Assembly (NCBI GenBank): GCA_963848505.1
Contig: CAWKEB010000002.1
Location: 389,832 to 453,831, forward strand
Direction of reading: 5' to 3'
Source of the DNA: Candidatus Krumholzibacteriia bacterium
Lineage (GTDB): Bacteria; Krumholzibacteriota; Krumholzibacteriia; LZORAL124-64-63
Length of the DNA: 64,000 nucleotides
The notes below the pieces were generated by a model. That model did not search any database and had not been told where the DNA came from. It worked only from the letters and a program-made list of their open reading frames with translations. Positions 9,377-18,391 of the stretch are shown here, one piece after another. Position 1 is the first letter of the stretch. Every line of letters starts with the position of its first letter. Position numbers and translations under genes: made by a program.

Positions 9377-10680
9377 CCTCCGCGGTCCAGGCCGAAGGGC
9401 GAGGCGCCGCGACCCATGGCCAGGTCCACACCCAGCAGGAAGCGGACGTCACTGTCGTATTGCGGATTCTCCAGGGCCTGCACCTCGGCGGTGAGGTTCA
9501 GGCCCGAGCGCAGGTTCAGGCGGGCGCGGGCCGCGAGGGTGACCAGGTCGCGCTCCTGGTCCTCGGGCACATCGGCCAGCAGGGCATAGGTCAGATACGA
9601 GGCCTCGCCTTCCAGCCGCAGCCACGGCCGGGCCTGCCAGCCGATCTCGCCGTACAGCGAGTTCTCGTCGCCGGCATCGCCCACCCGCAGCGAATAGCCC
9701 ACCCGCGCGCCCGGCAGCAGGGCGGCCAGGCCGATGCGGTTCGAACTGCGGTCGCCCACGAACGCGCCCTGGTACTCCAGCTCGCCGCCGAAGCGGGCGG
9801 CGCTCTCCCAGCGCAGCCCCGTGCGCAGGACTCGGATGCGCTCCAGGTCGGTGAAGCGCGAGAACCAGGAGGCGGCGTCCACGGTCGGGTAGCGGTCCAC
9901 GTACTGCAGCGTCAGCACCGGCCGGGTGCGGCCCCGCTGCCATTGGCCCTGGGCTTCCAGGCGCGCCCAGCGTTCGCCCACCAGGTCGTAGGAGGCGCGG
10001 GCCAGGGCGCGCAGGTTGCGCACGGCGGTGGTGGAGTACTCGCCGCCGACGGGCCGGAAGGCCACCACGCCGAGGCGCTCGCGGTAGGCCGCCGACAGGC
10101 CGAGGCTGTGCTTCGCTGCCGGACGGAGGACGACGCGGCCGCCGGCGGCGGCGTCCTGATCGAAGTCGGCCAACGCGAAGGCGTGCCCCGAAGGCACGGC
10201 GCCGCCGCCCCACACCGAGGTCTCCAGGCCGCTCCTGCCGCGGTAGACCAGCCGCACGCCGTCGAGGGTCAGGCCCGCCACGCCGCTATGCAGGAACTGG
10301 CGTCCCACCTCGACCCGTCCGCGCGCGCCGAGGCGTTGTTCCAGCAGCGCGGTGTGCAGCCGGGAAGTTTCGAACAGCGGGCCGGCATCGTCGGGCAGAT
10401 TGGCGAAGCGGCCGGCGGTGCGGAAGGTGAGACCGCCGCCGGCCAGGCCGGACGCGGTGCCGGCGAAGTGCTGGTAGAAGCGGAACTCGTCGCTGGTGGT
10501 GCCGGTCGAATCCGCACTCTGGTAGACGTAGCCGTTGGCCATCAAGCCGAATGACCAGGACGGCTGGGGCGGCGCGAGGGCGCCCGATCCGCTGGCGCCG
10601 GCGGGGTCCGGGCAGCCGACCGCGAGCAGAATCGTCAAAGCCAGGGGCGCACAGCGCAGACGGGCGCAAGAGGTTCCCAT
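9367..10680 (-). CDS. putative outer-membrane beta-barrel (porin-like) protein
   Basis: Signal or lipobox-like N-terminus (LLAVGC). Long runs of alternating hydrophobic/polar residues, rich in G, R, Y and aromatics, are typical of beta-strands. AAGGAAG lies upstream. It is the first gene of the cytochrome operon. Confidence 0.55.
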   Translation of the reverse strand: MGTSCARLRCAPLALTILLAVGCPDPAGASGSGALAPPQPSWSFGLMANGYVYQSADSTGTTSDEFRFYQHFAGTASGLAGGGLTFRTAGRFANLPDDAGPLFETSRLHTALLEQRLGARGRVEVGRQFLHSGVAGLTLDGVRLVYRGRSGLETSVWGGGAVPSGHAFALADFDQDAAAGGRVVLRPAAKHSLGLSAAYRERLGVVAFRPVGGEYSTTAVRNLRALARASYDLVGERWARLEAQGQWQRGRTRPVLTLQYVDRYPTVDAASWFSRFTDLERIRVLRTGLRWESAARFGGELEYQGAFVGDRSSNRIGLAALLPGARVGYSLRVGDAGDENSLYGEIGWQARPWLRLEGEASYLTYALLADVPEDQERDLVTLAARARLNLRSGLNLTAEVQALENPQYDSDVRFLLGVDLAMGRGASPFGLDRGGWL

Positions 10681-11133
10681 GGTGCCGCTTCCTTGAGGGC
10701 TGCCTCCGACCCCGAAAGGCCGGCGGATGCGGTCCGCGGGCGCCGATCGGCTCGATCAGGCCCGGTGCGGATCAAGGTCCACGGGCAGCATACAGGCCTG
10801 CAACGCGCAAATCCACAAGGAGTTATCGCACAATAGTGAGAGCGGGATCCAATATCGATTCAGCGGGCGAAGCAAGGCGAGCCCAGTCGGCAGGCGTCCA
10901 GGCGGAATGGGCAATCCCCGTCCCATTCCGCCTGATGCCAAGAGTCTATTCTAGAGGACAATATTTGTACAGTATTATCTTGGGCTGTAGGGCTCCGTGG
11001 AAATGAGTACTGAACTCCAGAGCGGGCCATGCTATACCCGCAGGAACCGATCCGCCGGAGCCTCGGAACTCGCCGCCGGCGAACCGCGCACGAACCGGGT
11101 GGCCTCGACCCGGATATCACGGAGGAAACAACC

Positions 11134-12882
11134 ATGTCCAAACGCAGATGCCTGCCTGCCATCATCGGGCTGCTCGCGATCACGGTCCTGCTTGCCGCCT
11201 GCGGCAGCGACGATCCCACCACGCCGCCGCCGGCGACCGACACCACCGCACCCCTGATCGTCGCCACCGGCCCCGAGTCCGGCGAGATCGCCGTCTCGGT
11301 GGATGACAGCGTGTTCGTCATGTTCAGCGAAGCCATGGACCCGACCACCGCCGCGGGCAACGTCTCCCTGTCGTCGGGCACGATCACCGGCTCGATCTGG
11401 TACACCGACCGGGTCCTGGCGATCGGCCACGGCGACTGGGCCACAGGCACCGAGGTCACCGTGACCGTGGGTACCGGCCTGGCTGACGTCGCCGGCAACG
11501 CCCTGGCCGCCGCGCACGTCTTCTCGTTCTGGACCGAGACCGCGGACCTGCTGCTCCTGGCCTCGACGCCTGCCGACGGCGCGACCGGGGTCAACCGCGA
11601 CGCATCCATCCTGCTGGTGTTCTCGCAGGAAGTGCAGATGGGCAGCCTCACCTCCCACGTCACGATCAGCGACGTGGTGACCAAGGCCGTCTATCCCTAC
11701 GCGGCCCAGGAACTGGAGTCGGGGCGGTACCTGCTGAATCCCGACGCCACCCTGCCGGCGAGTTCGACCCTCTACGTGACCGTCGACGCGGGCCTGGCGG
11801 CCTCCGGCGGCGGAGCCACCCTGCAGTCGGCGGTGGTCATCGGGTTCACCACCGGCGTGACCGTCGACACCGCGCCGCCGACGGTCGTGTCGACCTCTCC
11901 GGCCAACGGCTCCACCTCGGTCTCGCCCGATCATGGCTACTTCCGCCTGACCTTCAGCGAGCCCATAGATCCCGACTCGCTGGAACCCAGCAACTGGAAT
12001 TTCGAACTGCTGCTGATCATGGAGCAGACGGGCATCAGCCCGTCCTGGAGCGTGAACAACACCGTGCTGACGGTGGCGTTGCCGACCGGCCTGCCGGCCG
12101 GGCTGCCCATGGAGATCACCTTCGTCGGCTTCCGCGACGAGGCGGGCAACGCCCAGAACACGCCCTACACCTGGACGGCCAAGGTGGCCGGCAGCGCGGA
12201 CTACGTGCCGGTGGTCGACGGGGCCCGGTACGCCGACACGGTCGAGAGCACATGGGGCGTGGTCGGCAATCCGACCCCCGACGGCGGCGACTCCTGGGAC
12301 GTCTACCTGCAACTGGACACGCAGACCTCCACCGACTTCCGCATGGTCAGGTACTTCGACAGCGATTTCATCGACCCGACCGGCGACTGGGAGGACTTCC
12401 GCAAGTCCGCCAGTTCCCTGCAGTGGACGGGCTTCGGGAGCGACGGGGGCACCAAGGCGCGCCGCCAGGTCCTGAAGGCCGTCGATAAGAACGACTTCGA
12501 CACCCCGCTGACCATCCTGCCGCTGCCGATCGCGGTGGGCACCTGGTACTCCAGCACCACGGTCACCGTGCCCGGCGAAGGCAGCTATGCCGCGTCGCTG
12601 CAGGGCCGGGTGCTGGGCAAGGTCGACTATCCGCTTCCCCAGTCGGGCGGCACGGTCTTCTACAAGGACGCCTGGAAGGTGGTGCGCACCATGACGGTCT
12701 CGCTGGGCAGCGAGCCGGCCTTCACGCAGGTCGACACCGTGTGGTACTCCGCGACCCTGGGCGAAGTCCACAGCAAACACTACGAGACCGATCACATCGA
12801 CGACGAGTGGTACACGGAGGAAGCCTGGCGCTTCCCGGCCTTCTTCGCCAAGTCGAGCCTCGGCACGGAGTCGGGCTTCTGA
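11134..12882 (+). CDS. surface lipoprotein with three SbsA/Big_5-like Ig domains
   Basis: ATG at 11134 follows GGAGG. The lipobox is LLAACGSD. The pattern P..G...V......I.V.FSE.MDP recurs three times. Confidence 0.7.
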   Translation: MSKRRCLPAIIGLLAITVLLAACGSDDPTTPPPATDTTAPLIVATGPESGEIAVSVDDSVFVMFSEAMDPTTAAGNVSLSSGTITGSIWYTDRVLAIGHGDWATGTEVTVTVGTGLADVAGNALAAAHVFSFWTETADLLLLASTPADGATGVNRDASILLVFSQEVQMGSLTSHVTISDVVTKAVYPYAAQELESGRYLLNPDATLPASSTLYVTVDAGLAASGGGATLQSAVVIGFTTGVTVDTAPPTVVSTSPANGSTSVSPDHGYFRLTFSEPIDPDSLEPSNWNFELLLIMEQTGISPSWSVNNTVLTVALPTGLPAGLPMEITFVGFRDEAGNAQNTPYTWTAKVAGSADYVPVVDGARYADTVESTWGVVGNPTPDGGDSWDVYLQLDTQTSTDFRMVRYFDSDFIDPTGDWEDFRKSASSLQWTGFGSDGGTKARRQVLKAVDKNDFDTPLTILPLPIAVGTWYSSTTVTVPGEGSYAASLQGRVLGKVDYPLPQSGGTVFYKDAWKVVRTMTVSLGSEPAFTQVDTVWYSATLGEVHSKHYETDHIDDEWYTEEAWRFPAFFAKSSLGTESGF

Positions 12883-12913
12883 CCTGAGCGCGGCGATCGA
12901 GCGTCAAACGAGC

Positions 12914-12947
12914 GGGCCGGCATCCCAGGGATGCCGGCCCGTTCATT
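12914..12947 (+). terminator. candidate intrinsic terminator
   Basis: A 12-bp GC-rich stem (GGGCCGGCATCC / GGATGCCGGCCC) around a 3-nt loop, followed by GTTCATT. It lies 30 nt after the stop at 12882. Confidence 0.5.
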
Positions 12948-13149
12948 CCTGGCGCAGGTCGGGCGTCGTCGAGAAGCCCGTGGTCATCATCTCGATCGGC
13001 GAATAGGAAATCCAACCACCCATTCCACCCCTGCCGGCCCCCGAATCCCCCTGATCATGCCCCACCAGGCGGTCGTCCGGCAAGCCGGACGCCCTCCAGC
13101 CCATCTTGCGCCACCTGATTCCGCCCTCGGAGCCCCTCAATCCCGCCGT

Positions 13150-13560
13150 TCCGCACACACCCCTGCGTCCGCCGCCGCCGACCCGCTGCGGCACCGGCGC
13201 CCGCCGACTGGTCCATCTCCGGCCACTCCGCCTGGCCCGCTGACTGGTCCAGCGCCAGCTCCCCCTGCGGCGGCGACCGCGCCGGCAGCACCGGCGGCGC
13301 CGTCACCGGCTCCCCGAGATGCCGCAGTCATCGCCGAAGGCGGGATCGCGCAGCGATTCCATGCGCTCGATCACCGGTGGATGCAGCACGAACACGATGA
13401 TCCGCATGGGTTCGCCGCAGTGCGGGCACACCAGGGGCAGGCACTCGAACAGGCGCGTCAGCAGCAGCTCGGTGCGGCCGTCCACCGTCGGCTTGCGCAG
13501 GCGGTAGACCAGCAGGTCGTCGCTGAGGCGGCCCAGGCACTCGCCGCTCAACGGCGGCCG
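13150..13560 (-). mobile_element. decayed IS91-family (rolling-circle, Y1) transposase C-terminal remnant
   Basis: The minus frames read ...LVCPHCGEPMRIIVFVLHPPVIERM..., then after a frameshift LRHLGEPVTAPPVLPARSPPQGELALDQ. This matches my memory of the C-terminus of IS91/ISCR transposases (CPxCGGxMRIIAxI..PxVIxxIL.HLGL...PARxPPQ). No N-terminal catalytic part is present. Confidence 0.55.
13151..13205 (+). repeat. copy 1 of a 55-bp direct repeat (tail of the IS91-like remnant)
   Basis: Hand alignment to 18151-18205 gives 49/55 identical positions, in the same orientation. Confidence 0.7.
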
Positions 13561-13690
13561 GGCTGACGGCATCCGGGGCCGCCCCCGTTGCGCGGGGGCG
13601 GCCATTGTCCTTGTCGGGTCCCCGTTGGCGACCGGCGATCCGGTCGCGGTCCTGGCCGGGGTCTCCCCCGGGTTCAAGTTCGCCTGCAGC

Positions 13691-16600
13691 CTACCGCACC
13701 AGCGTCATCCGCGCCAACCGCGTGCCGAGCGTGGACTCCAGGCGCACGAAGTAGACGCCGGACGCCGCCGTACCGCCGGACCGCGACCGCCCGTCCCAGC
13801 GGACCACGTGGACGCCGGGCCCGCAGGTCCGCCCGTCGACCAGTTGAACCACGAGCCGTCCCGCCACGTCGTAGATGCCGAGGTTCACCGTCGCCGTGGC
13901 CGGCAGCTCGAAGCGCAGCTGCGTCGCGGGGTTGGCGGGATTGGGCCAGGGAGAAGCCAGGGACAGGGCCGACGGCACCGCCGGCACACCGCTCGGTCCG
14001 ACCGGCTCGTAGACCGTCAGGCGCTGGTTGACTGCGAGGCTCTTCTCGCCCAGCGGCAGGGTCTGCACCGTACCGTCGGTCCAGCGCACCTGCACGGAAT
14101 CGACCTGCACCGCCGTCCCGAGCCCGAACGACAGCACGGCCTCCGGCTGGCTCAGGTAGCCGGAGCCGCCCGAGACCTCCCGGATCTGGGCTGCCCCTGC
14201 GGCGAAGACCGTCACCCGCACGCCGATAGCCATGGCGTTGGAGGCCCGGCCCCTCAGCTCGACCTGGAGCCAGTTGCGACCCGTCTCCTGGTCGTTGCGC
14301 AGGAAGGTCAGGTTGGCGCCGTTGGCCACGACCAGGTCGGGGTCACCGTCCCGATCCCAGTCCGCCCAGGCGGCTCCGTTGCCGGAAACGCCCAGCACGT
14401 GATCGACGGTGAAACCGCCACCCCCGGTGTTGGCCAGCATGTAGCCGCCGTAGGTCAGGTCCAGATCGCCGTCGAGGTCGTAATCGACCCACGCCACGCT
14501 CCAGGCGCCACCATCGTTGACCGGCAGCACCACGGGGGTGAACACGTCGCCGCCGTCGTTACGCAGCAGGGCCTGCCCGATGGCAAGGTCCAGGTCGCCG
14601 TCGTTGTCGTAGTCTCCCCAGGCGGCGGAGACCTGCGTGAACTCGCCGAAGACGGCGTCGGCAACCGGCGTGAAGGTGCCGCCGTCGTTGCGTGCCAGCA
14701 CGCTCCCGCCAGGATAGAAGGCCGACGACGTTCTCAGCACGAGCACGTCGTCGTCGCCATCGTTGTCGTAGTCCCCGCAGACGGCGTTTTCGCTCAAGCC
14801 GCCGATCCCGAGACCCGTCGAGGTCGCCACCGTGAACCAGGTGCTGCCGTTGTTGCGGTACAGGCGGTTGGCGGAATCGGGCCAGAAGCTCGCCTCGACG
14901 TTGGTCGCATAGAGATCGAGCCAGCCGTCGCGGTCGAAATCCGTCCAGGCCAGCCCGGTCCAGGTCGACAGGAGGTCCAGGGGCGCGGGCGGCGCTAAGG
15001 CGAAAGTGCGCAGATGCCCGCCGTCGTTGTGGGAGACCTGGGTGCACGCGTAGATCCCGTTCACCGCCAGGTCGGGCCGGCCGTCGTTGTCATGGTCGCC
15101 CCAGGCCAAGCCGCGGCCTTCGGCGACCCCGGGGGAATCGTCGTAGCTGAACGTCCCGCCGACATTGCGCCAGACCTGGACCGGTCCGGACTCGATATAG
15201 CCGTCGCTGGTGGCCGCCAGGTCCGGGTCGCCGTCACTGTCGACGTCGCCCCAGGCCACGCCGCGGTAGCCCAGGCCCGACGGGAGACCGGACACGTCGG
15301 TGCGGGTGAACGGTTGCGGCTCGTTGATATCGATGATCTGGTTGACGGCCACGTTGTGCAGCCTCTGCGACTCCTGGCCGCTGCGAGGCCAGTAGATCTC
15401 CAGTACGTCGATCACCATGGCGGTGCCCAGGCCGAAATGCGCCGGCAGCATGTTCTGGCTCGGCGTGCCGCTGCCGCCGCCGACCTCCCGCCACTGCTGC
15501 CGGCCCCCGGCGCTGACCATGATCCGGGCGCCGATGCCGCCGCGGTTCGAGCCGATACCCTTGAGCTGCACTTCCAGCCAGGAATTGCCGGTTCTCTGGT
15601 TGTTCTGGTACAGGCGGCTGGTGGAGCCGTCGTTGGCGAGGAAGAAGTCCAGGTCCCCGTCGCGGTCGTAGTCCGCAAAAGCAACCCCCTGGCCGGTGCC
15701 GCTGACCGCCAGGATCTCCGGCGTGACGTTCGTGAATGCCGTCACCGCGCTGCTCGAGTCATTGCGCAGCAGACGGTTGGCGACACCGTAGCCGACGACG
15801 TAGACGTCCTGGTCTCCGTCGTTGTCCACGTCGCCCCAGGCGGCCGCATACGCCGGGATGGCGAGGTCGGCCACGACCATCGCCGCGTAGCTCGGCCCGC
15901 TTCCCCGGTACAGGACCGTCGTGGAAGTGGGGTCGCCCGGCCAGCCGCGGCAGACAAGCAGGTCCTGCACCGTGTCGTCGTTGTAGTCCGCCCAGGCGAT
16001 GCCCGTCGGATACCCGCCGGGCGTCACGGCGGGCCCCTCGACGATGAAGCCGGACGCGATCTGATCGAGGACGGCCACGCCGGTGAACGGCTGCGGGGTG
16101 ATCATGGCGACGCGGAAGACGCCGCCCCCGACGGTGCCCACGCGCGCGCCGACCGTGGCACCCACGCTCAACAGGGCACCGGAGGCGATGTCCGAAAAGC
16201 CGTAGCCGCCGGCCGCGTCCTGGTTCTGCAGCAGGCTGTTCGGGCGGGAGTAGTTCGACAGCAGCAGGTCCACGGCGCCGTCCCCGTTCGCGTCGACCCA
16301 GGCGGCGTCTGCCGTGGTCTCGGAGAAGCCGAGGGCCCGCACGTCCGTGAACGAGAACCCGCCCGCGGCGCCGGAGTTGCGGCAAAGAAGGTTCGGCATG
16401 GGACCGCCGGCCACGAAGAGGTCGAGGTCGCCGTCATTGTCGTAGTCGGCCCACTGGCCGGCTTCCGCGAACGAGCTGTTCACCGGCGCCGTCGCGACGT
16501 TCGTGAAGGAGCCCCACGCGTTGTGCAGGAGCAGGCTGGGCGCGCCGTAGTTGGCCACGTAGATGTCCTGCCAGCCGTCGCCGTCATAATCGCCCCAGGC

Positions 16601-17716
16601 CGCCGCTCGGGTCGGACCGCTGAAGCTGCCCGTCGCCGCAGTCTGGTCGGACCACAGGCGCGTGCCCCGCGCGAGCCGGAGCTCCGCGGCGGCGGTGCAG
16701 ACGTAGGAGACCAGGGGAACACCCGCGGCATCCGTGACCAGGGAAGGGTTCCGGCTCGTGACTCCGGGCTCCACGGCATGGATCTCCCACTGTCCCGTGA
16801 AGACCGCGTATTTCACCGCCCCGTTCGTGGCGTCGTAGTAGGCGATGGCCGAGCCCCGGATGCAGGTCTGCTGGCCGACGTCCCCCGCCTGGTCCACGGT
16901 CTGGATATCAATGCTGCCGGACGTGCCGAGCGACGCCAGCTTGAGTGCCGTGTTCGTCGCGTCGTAGTAGCTGATGGCGGGAAATCCGGCGCCGACGGAC
17001 GGTTTGTTGACCACCAGCGAGGTCCAGGTGCCGACGTCGCCGGTGACGTCCACGGGGATGAGCGTCCAGCTGCCCCCGTAGTTGGTGGCGTACTTGAGAT
17101 TGCCGCCGGCCGCATCGTAGTAGCTGATTCCCCGGGTATCGCCGGTCCCGTACACCTTCAGCGAAGTGTACTGGCCGACCGTGCTGTTCGTGGCATCGAC
17201 GGTGATGATGCTGAAGCTGGTGCCCGTGTAGGAGGCGAGCTTGAGATGTCCCTGGCCGTAGTAGCTGATGACCGGCCGGCGGGAAGAGTCCAGGGCCAGG
17301 GAGCTCCACTGCCCCACCGCTCCCGTGGCGTCGACCGTGACGTGCCCCCAGGTCGCCCCGGGCCGGCTGGCCAGCCGCAGGTCGGCCGACGGCTCGTAGT
17401 AGTAGCTGATGTAGGGGACACCGTCGCTGCTGATGGCGAGGGACAGCGAGGTTCCCACGTCGGTGTCGATCGTGGTCACGTTCCAGTTGCCCGGCACGCC
17501 CCAGGCGAATCGCAGCCGGTTCGCCAGGGCAGGCCGGTCGATGAAGGCGATGCAGATGTTGCCCGCTGGATCGCGGGCGACGGCGGTCTGGCCCGTGTTG
17601 GCGCCGATGACCGAACTGATGTCGAACTCCGGAGCCGCGAGGGCCGGCGCCGGTCCGGATGCGAGGACCCCCAGGAACGCCAGCAGCAGGAATGTCCGGA
17701 TCAGGCGGATACACAT
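13691..17716 (-). CDS. giant secreted FG-GAP/VCBS-repeat, CRTAC1/ASPIC-UnbV-like protein with a T9SS/FlgD-Ig-type C-terminal domain
   Basis: ATG at 17716 gives the signal peptide MCIRLIRTFLLLAFLGVLASGPAPALA. The N-terminus has six ISYYD-type propeller repeats. Many DxDGDGxxD FG-GAP motifs follow. Two UnbV_ASPIC-like segments are present (NSWLEVQLKG...GGSG). The C-terminus is PNPANPATQLRFELP...GVYFVRLES...MTLVR. Confidence 0.85.
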   Translation of the reverse strand: MCIRLIRTFLLLAFLGVLASGPAPALAAPEFDISSVIGANTGQTAVARDPAGNICIAFIDRPALANRLRFAWGVPGNWNVTTIDTDVGTSLSLAISSDGVPYISYYYEPSADLRLASRPGATWGHVTVDATGAVGQWSSLALDSSRRPVISYYGQGHLKLASYTGTSFSIITVDATNSTVGQYTSLKVYGTGDTRGISYYDAAGGNLKYATNYGGSWTLIPVDVTGDVGTWTSLVVNKPSVGAGFPAISYYDATNTALKLASLGTSGSIDIQTVDQAGDVGQQTCIRGSAIAYYDATNGAVKYAVFTGQWEIHAVEPGVTSRNPSLVTDAAGVPLVSYVCTAAAELRLARGTRLWSDQTAATGSFSGPTRAAAWGDYDGDGWQDIYVANYGAPSLLLHNAWGSFTNVATAPVNSSFAEAGQWADYDNDGDLDLFVAGGPMPNLLCRNSGAAGGFSFTDVRALGFSETTADAAWVDANGDGAVDLLLSNYSRPNSLLQNQDAAGGYGFSDIASGALLSVGATVGARVGTVGGGVFRVAMITPQPFTGVAVLDQIASGFIVEGPAVTPGGYPTGIAWADYNDDTVQDLLVCRGWPGDPTSTTVLYRGSGPSYAAMVVADLAIPAYAAAWGDVDNDGDQDVYVVGYGVANRLLRNDSSSAVTAFTNVTPEILAVSGTGQGVAFADYDRDGDLDFFLANDGSTSRLYQNNQRTGNSWLEVQLKGIGSNRGGIGARIMVSAGGRQQWREVGGGSGTPSQNMLPAHFGLGTAMVIDVLEIYWPRSGQESQRLHNVAVNQIIDINEPQPFTRTDVSGLPSGLGYRGVAWGDVDSDGDPDLAATSDGYIESGPVQVWRNVGGTFSYDDSPGVAEGRGLAWGDHDNDGRPDLAVNGIYACTQVSHNDGGHLRTFALAPPAPLDLLSTWTGLAWTDFDRDGWLDLYATNVEASFWPDSANRLYRNNGSTWFTVATSTGLGIGGLSENAVCGDYDNDGDDDVLVLRTSSAFYPGGSVLARNDGGTFTPVADAVFGEFTQVSAAWGDYDNDGDLDLAIGQALLRNDGGDVFTPVVLPVNDGGAWSVAWVDYDLDGDLDLTYGGYMLANTGGGGFTVDHVLGVSGNGAAWADWDRDGDPDLVVANGANLTFLRNDQETGRNWLQVELRGRASNAMAIGVRVTVFAAGAAQIREVSGGSGYLSQPEAVLSFGLGTAVQVDSVQVRWTDGTVQTLPLGEKSLAVNQRLTVYEPVGPSGVPAVPSALSLASPWPNPANPATQLRFELPATATVNLGIYDVAGRLVVQLVDGRTCGPGVHVVRWDGRSRSGGTAASGVYFVRLESTLGTRLARMTLVR

Positions 17717-18150
17717 GGCAACCCCCTCGGGACTGGGACGGCGGTCAACCGAGCACGAGGCCGGCACCGGCCGCCGCTGGTGTCATCCAGTGGCTGCGCG
17801 GATCGGTTACCGTGTTCGCATGGGACGCAGCGGGAGCAATTCGACTTTCCGGGGCGATCGGGACGATCGAGGCGGGCAGTCTCCGAAAACGGGCAGTTCA
17901 GAAGAACGCCGCGACGGCAGCGGACGCACTGCGCGGGGCGCAAGGTCTGCTCGGCGGACCGCAGGCTAACTAAGGGCCTCTCCAGCACCGCACGCCTCCC
18001 CCCGACGAACGGCCCGGCTGGAACGCGGCCCATTCAGGGGCCGCACCACCACCATCCTCTCACATACCGCGGAATTGATCAAATGATTTCATTATATCGA
18101 ACAATTCCCGGCGAATAGCGAATAGGCATCATAGGGGCATGGCGTCCTCT

Positions 18151-18205
18151 CCACACACACCCCTCCGTCCGCCGCCGCTTACCCGTTGCGGCACCGGCGA
18201 CCGCC
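18151..18205 (+). repeat. copy 2 of the 55-bp direct repeat
   Basis: See copy 1. It lies in the 675-bp spacer upstream of the FG-GAP gene. A shared CGGCGAATAG 10-mer sits nearby in both copies (12998 and 18109 regions). Confidence 0.7.
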
Positions 18206-18391
18206 TGCCCTGTTGTCCTGTCTCGGGGGATCTCAGTCGACTCATGTCGGCTCAATTTCCCAAGAGCAGCAAGTCGGTGGCGCAGCCGAGGTGCCGCGCC
18301 CGTGATGCATGCGTGATGGATGGGGTTTTGCATAGGGTCAGGACCCGCGGTTCCCCCGCTGGTCCTCATCCTCACAACCATTCTGCTAAGC

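Noticed and set aside
15014-18118. 1034-aa plus-strand ORF, plus the similar long ORFs 2796..5159, 48701..52306, 55557..58094 and 40466..42529
   Set aside because: All lie antisense to well-supported minus-strand genes: the FG-GAP protein, the REC-permease, Tricorn, HAD/sulfatase and GH16. All have low-complexity R/G/A/H/Q composition.
13151-18151. Exactly 5000-bp spacing between the two 55-bp repeat copies, and a 13-nt match TCTCCGCATCTCT at about 21558 and about 62498
   Set aside because: The round number has no biological meaning. Dozens of 13-mer matches are expected by chance in 64 kb on two strands.
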